DNA of 64,000 nt from Anaerolineales bacterium (GTDB taxonomy: Bacteria > Chloroflexota > Anaerolineae > Anaerolineales > UBA4823). The notes under the pieces were generated by a model that was given only the letters and a program-made list of their open reading frames with translations, was not told the DNA's origin and searched no databases. Location: assembly GCA_003105035.1 (NCBI GenBank), contig PQAL01000037.1, positions 133,999-197,998 of the forward strand, in the 5' to 3' direction. The position numbers and the translations under genes were made by a program. Shown here one piece after another: positions 46,558 through 55,823 of this stretch; position 1 is the first letter of the stretch, and the number at the start of each line of letters is the position of its first letter.

Positions 46558-47919
46558 TCAAGTGTAATCGACATTGATTGATGTGCGGCTGGTCAACCGG
46601 CTTTCATGCTCAACAGCTTCAAGGAGATCGGTCGCACCAAATTCGTTAGCTGGTGCAAGTGAAGTGCCATTTCTACCGTCCTCGAAGTGCATGATCGCGG
46701 GAACAAACAGGCTGCCGATGCCCATGACGGTAGTGACTACCCCGCCAATAATAAACCAGGTTTGCACACCCAGTTTATCTGAGATGGGACCGGCAATCAT
46801 CAATCCAAGGGGAGACATGGCAGCCGCCATGGTGCTGATCAGGGTGAACACCCTGCCTTGCATTTCGGGAGCGACGGCAGCTTGCACGGCAGCCATCAGC
46901 GGACCATTGACGATCGGGTTAACGAAACCCAAGAAGAACATGGTGGCAACCGCCAGGGTGAAGGCAGTGGAAGGTAACAAACCCATGACCAGGCAGCCCA
47001 CTCCGGTGCCCAGTAGACCCAACATACAGGTCATTATTCGACGCTTGAAACCGCCCCAGGCGCTGAGCAGCAAACCACCAACGATGAAACCGATGCCCAT
47101 AAAGGATTCGAGGCTGGCTAGCTGGATGGCTTGCCCGTGGTAGTGCTTGGTGACCAGTATCGGGAGCAGCGAAAAAGCTGGAGTAAGCAGGAAATTGATC
47201 ACAGTGGCCATGACTCCGATCAACATCAGTCCAGGCCAGCCCCAGACATATCGGAAACCTGCCTTAAAATCCTGCCAGTAGCTGGATCTCCCATTGGCCT
47301 CAGGCGCTAAATCATTACGTTCTGGTTGAGGGATTTGGAAAAACAACAGAGGAATGACTGCCAGCATGGCGGTGAATACATCAATGGCAAGGATACCCTG
47401 CATGGGCAGCACTGCCAGGAGCAACGCTCCCAGGGGGGCAGAGGCAATGCTCATTCCCCCTTGCAGCATCTGGTTAAGGCCCTGGATGCGGGTGAGATGC
47501 TCCTTGGGCACCATGAGGGTGGTGGAAGCCTGCATGGCAGGCCAGTGAAAACCACCACACACTGAGCGGATAAATAGCAGGATGTAGACCTGCCAGATCT
47601 GTACATGACCAAGCGCAAAGAGCACAGCAAGGCCAACCGTGGCCAACGCAATTAAACTATCGGCCAGGATCATGATCAGGCGGCGATTCCACCTATCCAC
47701 AAGGGTACCCGTAAAGGGACCGAGGACGACCTGGGGGATCAGGCCAACCAGGGAGGCAGTCGCGAGAATGGTGGCTGAGCCAGTCGTCTGAGTGAGCCAC
47801 CAGATGACAGCAAAGGAAACCAGCTGGCTGCCAAACAGGGAAAACGCCTGGCCCGTCCAAATGGTGAAGAAACGAGGCGCCCAGCGTTCTTGTTTTTCGA
47901 GAGCAGGATTGGCATTCAT
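46558..47919 (-). CDS. MFS efflux transporter (DHA3, MefA-like)
   Basis: FFTIWTGQAFSLFGS, GTLVDRWNRR, PEMQGRVF. Confidence 0.88.
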   Translation of the reverse strand: MNANPALEKQERWAPRFFTIWTGQAFSLFGSQLVSFAVIWWLTQTTGSATILATASLVGLIPQVVLGPFTGTLVDRWNRRLIMILADSLIALATVGLAVLFALGHVQIWQVYILLFIRSVCGGFHWPAMQASTTLMVPKEHLTRIQGLNQMLQGGMSIASAPLGALLLAVLPMQGILAIDVFTAMLAVIPLLFFQIPQPERNDLAPEANGRSSYWQDFKAGFRYVWGWPGLMLIGVMATVINFLLTPAFSLLPILVTKHYHGQAIQLASLESFMGIGFIVGGLLLSAWGGFKRRIMTCMLGLLGTGVGCLVMGLLPSTAFTLAVATMFFLGFVNPIVNGPLMAAVQAAVAPEMQGRVFTLISTMAAAMSPLGLMIAGPISDKLGVQTWFIIGGVVTTVMGIGSLFVPAIMHFEDGRNGTSLAPANEFGATDLLEAVEHESRLTSRTSINVDYT

Positions 47920-48147
47920 GGTAGTTACCTCAAAAACGATACTTACACAAGTATATTCAAATTATACATATAAATATTTAATTGTCAATAGATATTTTTG
48001 AATATTATTAATTTTCATATTAATTTATTCAAAGTGTATTTATTCTATCCTTGCGCAAGGCACTAATCATACACCAAGAAGCGATGTTTATCAACCTCGG
48101 GTATAATCACTTCGGATATTTATAGCCTGATCGTGGAGGATGTTGAG

Positions 48148-48402
48148 ATGGTTATGCCGGTAATGCAATATGCCCCTGAAACCTGCGCCTGGTGCAACGG
48201 CACTGGAAAATTCGGGCAATATGGAGATGTATGCCTGGTGTGTAATGGTCAGGGCAGTGTGCTGGTAGCCCAACCTTCCCGGCAATGCCCGCATTGTTCA
48301 GGCACCGGCACGCAGATGGCGGGTGAATATCAGGACAGGTGCAAGATCTGTGGAGGGGCAGGCTGGTCGCACGTCTTTAAAAATCCTTCATCCATCCGTT
48401 AA
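48148..48402 (+). CDS. Stand-alone DnaJ-type zinc-finger protein
   Basis: Four CxxCxGxG repeats (CAWCNGTG, CLVCNGQG, CPHCSGTG, CKICGGAG). RBS GGAGGA. Confidence 0.8.
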   Translation: MVMPVMQYAPETCAWCNGTGKFGQYGDVCLVCNGQGSVLVAQPSRQCPHCSGTGTQMAGEYQDRCKICGGAGWSHVFKNPSSIR

Positions 48403-48410
48403 GGGGCAGC

Positions 48411-49160
48411 ATGAGGCTCGAGAATAAGATTGCCCTGGTCACCGGGGGAACCTCGGGGATCGGTAAAACTACAGTCGAATTATTCTGCAACGAGGGGGCA
48501 AAAGTGGCCTTTACCGGACGGCGGAAAGAGCTGGGTGAGCGGGTAGCCGAGCAGACCGGGGCCTTCTTTATCCAGGCTGACCACCGACAAATGCAAGGCT
48601 GCCAGCAGGCGGTGCAAGCCACCATGGAAAAATTCGGGCGAATCGACATCTTATTCAATAACGCCGGAATTGTGGTCAGCGGTACAGCTGAAACAACCAG
48701 TGACAAGGATTGGGAGGATACCCTCCTGCTCAATGTGACCGCCGTCTGGCGGATGTCAAAGCTGGTGATCCCGATCATGCGCCAGCAAGGCGGGGGAGTG
48801 ATCATCAACAACGCCTCGGATTGGGCTTTTATCGGAGCGCCAGCGGTGGTGGCGTATTGCACCTCCAAGGGAGCTGTGGTGCAAATGACGCGCGCCATGG
48901 CCATCGACCATGCGAGCGAGAACATCCGCATCAATGCCGTATGCCCGGGCGATACATTCGTGGAGCGATGGATGAATGAAGGCTACTACAGGGCGTCAGG
49001 AGCGGTTAGTGAGCAGGAAGCCAGGAAGAGCGACCTGCCCATGGGGCGGGTGGCTGATACGCTCGAGATCGCCAAAGCGGTTCTGTTCTTGGCTTCGGAT
49101 GATTCAAGTTTTGTGACTGGCACGGCGCTGCTGGTGGACGGGGGCAGTACAGCCCGGTAA
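48411..49160 (+). CDS. SDR-family oxidoreductase
   Basis: TGGTSGIG, FNNAG, YCTSKG, NAVCPG, VDGG. Confidence 0.92.
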   Translation: MRLENKIALVTGGTSGIGKTTVELFCNEGAKVAFTGRRKELGERVAEQTGAFFIQADHRQMQGCQQAVQATMEKFGRIDILFNNAGIVVSGTAETTSDKDWEDTLLLNVTAVWRMSKLVIPIMRQQGGGVIINNASDWAFIGAPAVVAYCTSKGAVVQMTRAMAIDHASENIRINAVCPGDTFVERWMNEGYYRASGAVSEQEARKSDLPMGRVADTLEIAKAVLFLASDDSSFVTGTALLVDGGSTAR

Positions 49161-49167
49161 ACGATTT

Positions 49168-49986
49168 TTAGCTTTTCTTTTCCAATATGGAATACAGCAT
49201 CACCCCGGTGGCCACAGCCAGGTTCAAGGAAGTCACCCGACCCTGCATGGGGATTTTGAGCATATGATCGCAAATTGAAGCCTGTGAAGGTTTCAACCCC
49301 TCCCGCTCACTACCCATCAAGAGTATAAGAGATATCGAAATGGGTTCGATTTGACGGTAATCAGCAGTAGCATGAACCGAGGTGCCGTAGATCGAATAGC
49401 AGTGTGACTTTGCCCAGCCTGTAAAATCTGAAAACCTGGCGATGATGGGCGGGTACCAGAAGATCGAGCCCATGCTGGCGCGTACACTGCTTGGGTGATA
49501 TGGATCGGTGCAGTATTGGTCATGCTCTGGATCGTCCAACAGCAACAAACCACTGGCACCTACGGCATCAATGGTGCGCAGGATGGCCCCGATATTACCC
49601 GGATCCTGCGGGGCAACCAGGGCTACACCCCATGGGAAATTCAGCTCAGAGAGATCATCCAGGGATAATTTAGGCTTATGCACAACCGCCATGATGCCTT
49701 GTGGGTTGTCTTTACCCGCCAGGCTGCTAAAGGTATCCCTATCAACAGCCAAACACGGGATCCCGTGCTGGGATTGATCCTGGATCAGCCGGGATCCAAA
49801 CTCACTGTTTAGCAGGTCAGGTGCGTAGCAGATATATTCTACCGTTGCGCCTGCATCTACGGCTTCACCGGCGTGGCGAATGCCTTCGGCAACAAAAAGC
49901 CCGGTTTGCTCACGTTCCTTGCGGTGAGCCAACAATTGCCGAACCTGCTTAATTTTCGGGTTGTTTCGGCTGGTGAGAATCGTCAT
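49168..49986 (-). CDS. TrmH/SpoU-family RNA methyltransferase
   Basis: QDPGNIGAILRT, VRASMGS, MGSEREG, SLNLAVA. Confidence 0.92.
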   Translation of the reverse strand: MTILTSRNNPKIKQVRQLLAHRKEREQTGLFVAEGIRHAGEAVDAGATVEYICYAPDLLNSEFGSRLIQDQSQHGIPCLAVDRDTFSSLAGKDNPQGIMAVVHKPKLSLDDLSELNFPWGVALVAPQDPGNIGAILRTIDAVGASGLLLLDDPEHDQYCTDPYHPSSVRASMGSIFWYPPIIARFSDFTGWAKSHCYSIYGTSVHATADYRQIEPISISLILLMGSEREGLKPSQASICDHMLKIPMQGRVTSLNLAVATGVMLYSILEKKS

Positions 49987-51658
49987 TCTGGTTCAGCGGG
50001 ATCCAGGTCAGTACCGAGGTACCCTTGCCAGGTTCAGAATTTACCTCAATGTCACCCCCCATTTTACGGGCGCGGGTACGCATATTAGCCAGGCCATGAC
50101 CCAGCACCAGGCGCGTTTTGGTTAAGTCAAATCCCACACCATCATCGGTCACTTCCATCAGCACCCTGCCAGGTGCCGTCCACAGGTTTATCTTAGCCTG
50201 ATGAGCCTGGGCGTGCTTGGCGATATTGGCGAGTGCCTCCTGGGAAATGTGGAACAAGGCTGTAGATATGGTGGTTGGAAGGATCATAGTGCCGCTATCC
50301 GGCCCGCTGAACGAAATTTCCAGCTCGGTATTTGCCCGGGTTTCGTCAATTAGACGCTGCAGGCTGTCAACCAGGTTCTCACCCCGGAACTGTCGCGGCC
50401 TCAAATCCATGATATAGGTACGGATATCGCGGATGGTGCTGTTCAGCCCATCAATGGCCTGTTCAAGCTTCATCAATGCCTTGTTGGGATTGGTTTCAAC
50501 TTCCATGCGGGCATAATCCAACGCCAACCCAACAGCATAGATGGACTGGATGATGCCATCGTGCAGGTCCATGCCAATGCGCTCCCGTTCCTCCAGCACG
50601 GCAAGCCTGCGCCCTTGTTGGTTCAGGCGAGCATTTTCGATGGCAGTGCCAGCCCAAACACCTATGGAGGTGAGCAGGTTAATCTCACGGGGCTCAAGAG
50701 GCTGTAGCTTGCGCGTGGCAATGCCCATGACGCCGACAACATTGGCGCGCGACACCAGCGGGATGCAAGCAAGGCACTGGAAACCAGCATTGACCACCTG
50801 CTTGCGCAGGAAGCGCACATCCTGGCGCAACGAACTGGTAACAAGAGGCTTCGCACTCTCGGCTACAAGCCCAACAAAACCTTCACCTACCCTGAACTGG
50901 TCCTTAGTCCAGAAGGCATCGCCAGCTTCGCCGCGGTGGATGGCCATCCGCAGGGATAATCCATCTTCCTCGGTCAGGAATATCTCGCCCGCCTCGACCC
51001 CCAGGTAGGACATGACATGCTCGAGTGTCTTTTCAAGGATGACATCGATCTCGGGGGTGCCTGCGAGCATCTCCCCAATGTCATTGAGCAGCTTGAGGTC
51101 CCGGTTGCGCTGCAAGAGTGTATCATCCCGCTGCTCCAATTCGCGGAACATGCGAGCGTTGACGATGGCTACGGCTGCATAGGCAGCCAACATCTCAATC
51201 ACGCGCTCATCATCACGCGTGAATTCACTGTAATCTTCCTTATCGGTCAGATAGATCTGGCCTAAGAGCTGGCCACCGGACAGGATGGGCACACCCAGGA
51301 AGGAGGTCATGGCTGGGTGGTAAGGCGGAAAGCCGACACTGCGTTGATCATGGGAGATATCGGCAACCCGAATAGTGCGCTGCTCCTTGGCAATGGCGCC
51401 AATCAAGCCCAACCCAATTGGCGGGTGGTCCATCTGCCGCATCTCTTCCGAAGTCATACCGACCGGTATGAAATGGACCAGCTTCCCCTGGTCATCCAAC
51501 ACACCTAAGGCGGCATAGCGTGCTCCAGCCTGCTCACGGGCTAGCTGGGCGATACGCTCCAACACCACTTCAAGGGATAAATCACTGACCAGCTCAAGGC
51601 TGGCGCGATGTAAAGCCACCAAGCGAGCTTCAATTTGCTCACGAGTTAACAAGACCAT
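49949..51658 (-). CDS. GAF-GAF sensor histidine kinase (DosS/DosT-like, HisKA_3)
   Basis: GFPPYHPAMTSFLGVP in GAF-A, ERERIGMDLHD H-box, EALANIAKHA, DDGVGF, GHGLANM. Confidence 0.9.
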   Translation of the reverse strand: MVLLTREQIEARLVALHRASLELVSDLSLEVVLERIAQLAREQAGARYAALGVLDDQGKLVHFIPVGMTSEEMRQMDHPPIGLGLIGAIAKEQRTIRVADISHDQRSVGFPPYHPAMTSFLGVPILSGGQLLGQIYLTDKEDYSEFTRDDERVIEMLAAYAAVAIVNARMFRELEQRDDTLLQRNRDLKLLNDIGEMLAGTPEIDVILEKTLEHVMSYLGVEAGEIFLTEEDGLSLRMAIHRGEAGDAFWTKDQFRVGEGFVGLVAESAKPLVTSSLRQDVRFLRKQVVNAGFQCLACIPLVSRANVVGVMGIATRKLQPLEPREINLLTSIGVWAGTAIENARLNQQGRRLAVLEERERIGMDLHDGIIQSIYAVGLALDYARMEVETNPNKALMKLEQAIDGLNSTIRDIRTYIMDLRPRQFRGENLVDSLQRLIDETRANTELEISFSGPDSGTMILPTTISTALFHISQEALANIAKHAQAHQAKINLWTAPGRVLMEVTDDGVGFDLTKTRLVLGHGLANMRTRARKMGGDIEVNSEPGKGTSVLTWIPLNQNDDSHQPKQPEN

Positions 51659-51704
51659 CTAAGGAACCTCACCACGCAGGTATTTTACCTTAATTGGTGA
51701 TGTT

Positions 51705-51733
51705 TGACTAATATTGCCTATGACATTAGTCAC
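51705..51733. promoter_or_regulatory. Palindromic site, DosR/NarL-box-like
   Basis: TGACATTAGTCA (51721-51732), plus TGACTAAT...ATTAGTCA inverted arms, in the divergent promoter region. Confidence 0.4.
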
Positions 51734-51783
51734 CCAGCAGCAATAAAAGGTAGGATCGCAGTAAAATATCCGGGGAGGTGCGC

Positions 51784-52347
51784 ATGACAAACCACGTATT
51801 GGTCTTTAAAAGCAGCCCAAGGGTGAAGGGAAATAGCAGCCTGCTAGCTGAAAAAGCAGCCGAAGGCGCTAAGGATGCTGGGGGCCTGGTAGAGAGCTTC
51901 TCGCTACATCAGCTGGATATCCGCCCATGTGATGCCTGTGACATCTGCCAGGAGACGGGGGTGTGCGTGCTCAAGGATGATATGCAAGAGCTCTATCCCA
52001 AGCTGCGGGCTGCCCAGGCGATCCTGATTGCCAGCCCAGTGTACTGGTTCACGCTGAGCGCCCAGGCAAAGCTATTCATTGACCGCTGGTACGCACTCGA
52101 ATCGCCCCAGGGAAGTGCACTGAAAGGGAAAAAATTCGGATTGATCCTGACTTACGGTGACAGCGACCCCTACACCTCCGGTGGAATCAATGCCATCCGC
52201 ACATTCCAGGATATGATGCGTTATATCAAGTCAGACGTGGTAGGGATCGTTTATGGAACGGCCAATAAAGAGGCTGAGATCCTGAACCAGCCCAAGCTCT
52301 TGGAAAAAGCTTACAAGCTGGGTGAAAAACTCGCCACGGCTGGCTGA
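51784..52347 (+). CDS. Iron-sulfur flavoprotein (Isf) / flavodoxin-family
   Basis: SSPRVKGNS, CDACDIC-x5-C cluster motif, ASPVYW, KLFIDR. Confidence 0.88.
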   Translation: MTNHVLVFKSSPRVKGNSSLLAEKAAEGAKDAGGLVESFSLHQLDIRPCDACDICQETGVCVLKDDMQELYPKLRAAQAILIASPVYWFTLSAQAKLFIDRWYALESPQGSALKGKKFGLILTYGDSDPYTSGGINAIRTFQDMMRYIKSDVVGIVYGTANKEAEILNQPKLLEKAYKLGEKLATAG

Positions 52348-52518
52348 ACCCCACCAAGGTTTTCTTCTCTAATAATTGGCACGCAGCCGTGATGTTTATA
52401 CCATTGCGGCTTGGTTCAGCATCGAAAATCGCAGCCGTGGGTGAACATTTATCCAGGGGGATAAGTAATTCTAGTGTACCGATCCACCAGACCGCGTACC
52501 AGTGGGAGGCTGCATTTC

Positions 52519-53247
52519 ATGAATGATACTGGCAAAATGGACAGTGCGGAAGTTGCATTAAGCAAACTAGAAGCCGGGCAGGTGCTTGATGTCGCCACCG
52601 GGAACGGGGGCTTCATCACCTTCCTGTTGGACAATATCAAGAGCTTTACGGAAATCACGGGGATCGATCTGAACGAACGGCCCCTTGATGCAGCGCGCAA
52701 GGTATTCCTGCAAGGGAATATCCGCTTGCTTAGGATGGATGCGAATCAGATGGAATTCATGGATGGCGTTTTTGATACGGTGTGCATTGCCAACTCGCTG
52801 CACCACCTGGAAAATCCGGATCAGGTGCTTGCGGAAATGTGGAGAGTTTGTAAAACAGACGGGACCCTGCTCATCTGCGAAATGTACCGGGACGGGCAGA
52901 CGAAAACACAGCAAACGCACGTTGACCTGCATCACTGGTGGGCAGCAGTGGACAGGGCGGACGGGATACATCACCTTGAAACGTACACGCGCCAGGAAAT
53001 CCTGGACATCACCCAAAAACTGGGCTTGAAAGCCATGGAATACTTTGACATGAAAGACCTGGAGGCAGATCCAAAAGAGCCCGAGTTGGTGAAAGATTTG
53101 GATGGGATCATAGACCGTTACCTCCAACGAGCTCAAGGATCGAGCGGTGAAGCACAATTAATCGAACGGGGTGAGGAGCTACGCAGGCGGGTGCACGCGA
53201 CAGGGTTTCATGGAGCAACAAGCCTGCTGGTAATAGGCAGGAAATAG
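52519..53247 (+). CDS. Class I SAM-dependent methyltransferase
   Basis: VLDVATGNG, GIDL, FDTV..SLHHL, EMWRVCK. Confidence 0.88.
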   Translation: MNDTGKMDSAEVALSKLEAGQVLDVATGNGGFITFLLDNIKSFTEITGIDLNERPLDAARKVFLQGNIRLLRMDANQMEFMDGVFDTVCIANSLHHLENPDQVLAEMWRVCKTDGTLLICEMYRDGQTKTQQTHVDLHHWWAAVDRADGIHHLETYTRQEILDITQKLGLKAMEYFDMKDLEADPKEPELVKDLDGIIDRYLQRAQGSSGEAQLIERGEELRRRVHATGFHGATSLLVIGRK

Positions 53248-53430
53248 CTCGCAATGCAAATCTGGGATATGGATATATTCACTCGCTTAAGCGGCTGGTG
53301 GATATACAATCATGACAGAAATTCGCACCACTTAATAAATTCATAATAACCTGATATCTTTCTTTGAAATGGATGGACACACATTCACAGGCTAGTTACA
53401 ATCACCTCTGGCTGTGAAGGGACGTGCTAA

Positions 53431-54342
53431 ATGGAAAATCTGATCTACGTAATTTATCTCGGCAGGGGTGATGCAGATAAAGACTCCCTGAGATTGGCGA
53501 GCAGCATACGGGCTTTCGCTGGCGGGCTAAGCGCCAATCCGATCTGGATGCTTACCCAGCGTGCTGAAGACGATCTCAGCCTGGCGATGCGGCAGGAATT
53601 GCGCGACTTGAATACCAGGCTGGTGACCATTGAGATGGATGAGGCTGGTGCTAGGTTCCCATTCGCGGCCTATGTGCAGGTAGCCGGGCAAGCAGAAGCC
53701 TTGGCAGAGGGGCAAAGCAGATTACTGGTCATGCTGGCCTCTGAAACACTGGTCCTACAACCACCACAGGTTTTCTTGCTCGAAGCGGGCAAGGTGCTGG
53801 GAGGCTGCCCCGTCCACCTGAAACTGCTGGGATCCGGGGTGCATGAGCCTGTGGATGATTTCTGGCGTGCCATCTACAAATATTGCAAAGTCGGTGTGGA
53901 TCAAATTTTTGCGATGACCAGTGTGGTGGATGAGCAGCCAATACGGGCTTATTTCAACGCCGGATTGTTGGTTGTCCGACCGGAGGGCGGTATCCTGCGC
54001 AGGTGGTGGGAAGATTTCCAAGCAGTTTATCAACTACCTGAATTCAAGGAGATTTATCAATCAAGTGAACTGTATAACATCTTCATGCACCAGGCAGTCC
54101 TGGCGGGCAGCATACTAGCTACCATAAAGCCTGGGGAATTCCAGCTGTTCCCCCCAGGGATCAACTACCCACTACACCTGCACGATAAGGTGGATACCAG
54201 GTGGAGACCGACGAATCTGAATGAACTGGTCACCTGCAGGTATGAAAATTTCGGTGAATTTTTCACCGACCCAGACCTTGACCAAAAGATCAGGATCGAT
54301 GCACCTTTGAAAGACTGGCTGAACAGCCAGCTTGAGCAATAA
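53431..54342 (+). CDS. Hypothetical protein, GT8 glycosyltransferase-like fold
   Basis: AYFNAGLLVVRP, HQAVLA, INYPL. The DxD position reads ASET. Confidence 0.5.
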   Translation: MENLIYVIYLGRGDADKDSLRLASSIRAFAGGLSANPIWMLTQRAEDDLSLAMRQELRDLNTRLVTIEMDEAGARFPFAAYVQVAGQAEALAEGQSRLLVMLASETLVLQPPQVFLLEAGKVLGGCPVHLKLLGSGVHEPVDDFWRAIYKYCKVGVDQIFAMTSVVDEQPIRAYFNAGLLVVRPEGGILRRWWEDFQAVYQLPEFKEIYQSSELYNIFMHQAVLAGSILATIKPGEFQLFPPGINYPLHLHDKVDTRWRPTNLNELVTCRYENFGEFFTDPDLDQKIRIDAPLKDWLNSQLEQ

Positions 54343-54373
54343 ATGTTCGATCGATCGTGCCAGGAAGATAGGC

Positions 54374-55243
54374 ATGAGTGATAACCAGCTTGCCAATTAC
54401 TCAATCCGAGAGATGCATGAGGCCGATTTAGACTTCGCAGCAGAATGCACGGCCAATGAAGGCTGGCTGAGCGAGGACCGCACCACGCTGGAAGGCTCCA
54501 TCAAATTTGACCCACACGGATGTTTTATCGCTGAGCAGAACAATCGGCCAGCAGGGATGTGTATCGCCACCCAGTATGGCAAGAGCGGTTTTATCGGTGA
54601 GCTAATCGTGCATAGCGATCAGCGCGGTAAAAACCTGGGGGCAAGGCTCTTAAAGCAATCCATCGCCTATTTGAAAGAAGGCCAGGCAGAAACGATCTAC
54701 CTGGATGGGGTTTTGAAAGCGGTGCCATTATACGAGTGGCACGGCTTTCGTAAAGTTTGCCGCTCTTGGAGATTTTCTGCAAACCTGGATGGAAGGTCGA
54801 GCAGGAATGTACGCCCGATGAAAGTTGCTGATCTGGAGCAGGTCTGTGAATTGGACATGGCAGCGTTCGGGGCAGACCGTAGCTTCTTTATCAGACGCCG
54901 CCTGGAAATCTACCCAGAGTTGAGTTATGTGATGGAAGAAAATGAGAAGATTAATGGTTACATCACAGGCCGGGGTTATCCTGAACGGCTTTATGCCGGT
55001 CCATGGATAGTGGAAGAAAAGATCGAGAATCCTCAGGACCTGCTGCTCAGCTTGGCCTTGCAGGCAAGAGGCAGGCCAATCAGCGTTGGAGTCCTGGACG
55101 TCAACCTGAAAGCTTGTGCACTGGTAAGGTCGCTGGGATTTGAAGCGCGGGATGACAGCCCCTGGCGCATGTCACTTGGATGGCCCGATGACCTGGGGAC
55201 CTCGCCCACCTGCTTTGCGATCGGTTCAGCCGCCAAAGGTTGA
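54374..55243 (+). CDS. GNAT N-acetyltransferase (YitH-like tandem)
   Basis: IVHSDQRGKNLG, AVPLYEWHGF, AFGADRS. Confidence 0.82.
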   Translation: MSDNQLANYSIREMHEADLDFAAECTANEGWLSEDRTTLEGSIKFDPHGCFIAEQNNRPAGMCIATQYGKSGFIGELIVHSDQRGKNLGARLLKQSIAYLKEGQAETIYLDGVLKAVPLYEWHGFRKVCRSWRFSANLDGRSSRNVRPMKVADLEQVCELDMAAFGADRSFFIRRRLEIYPELSYVMEENEKINGYITGRGYPERLYAGPWIVEEKIENPQDLLLSLALQARGRPISVGVLDVNLKACALVRSLGFEARDDSPWRMSLGWPDDLGTSPTCFAIGSAAKG

Positions 55244-55351
55244 TACACCAAAGTACCTTGGTTAAATAGTAGGTGACCACGAATAATTGTGGCCACCTCG
55301 AATCAATCTTGTCTCGCCCTTGGAGGAAGGCGAATGAGACCTATGAGTTGA

Positions 55352-55669
55352 TTAGCGGGGATTGGTAAGTCGCGGCTGATGTTTAAACGGCTGCTTGACG
55401 GACTCTACATGATCCTGCAGCTCATTCAGGCTGTACTTGAACTGAGAGTTCGCCAATGCCTGGATAACCACAGTGCCGGGTTTCGTTACCCAAAAATTCT
55501 TACCGGCTTCGATAACATAGTCTTTCAAGTCGTCTTCCTGGGTGACCCACAGGGAGCCACTGAGGCAGCTAATCATATCACCGCGTCGATTGCCCTCGAT
55601 GGACCAGGTCTTGAACTTGGGCAGGGTAACATCGGTGTAGGTATGCAAGTTTTGTTTCGTGTTTAACAT
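55352..55669 (-). CDS. DUF2917-family protein
   Basis: ISCLSGSLWVTQEDDLKDYVIEAG..VVIQAL. Confidence 0.82.
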   Translation of the reverse strand: MLNTKQNLHTYTDVTLPKFKTWSIEGNRRGDMISCLSGSLWVTQEDDLKDYVIEAGKNFWVTKPGTVVIQALANSQFKYSLNELQDHVESVKQPFKHQPRLTNPR

Positions 55670-55756
55670 GGTACTCTCTCCTTATCGTCTTTCAATGCCT
55701 ATTTTATGCAGAACAAAATAAAATAACAGATGCAAGGAAATACAATTGTAACCATA

Positions 55757-55809
55757 ACAGTTTTGGGGTTCATAAACTGTACTGCTTATAAGTTATAATA
55801 ACTGTACTG
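55757..55809. promoter_or_regulatory. Direct plus inverted repeat operator for the MocR regulator
   Basis: AACTGTACTG at 55775 and 55800, and inverted ACAGTT at 55757. Confidence 0.55.
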
Positions 55810-55823
55810 GCAGGAGGTGGAAC

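Noticed and set aside
52348-52518. Possible riboswitch upstream of the SAM methyltransferase (repeated CGCAGCCGTG, small hairpins)
   Set aside because: No recognisable SAM-I or other riboswitch consensus. It would need an Rfam scan.
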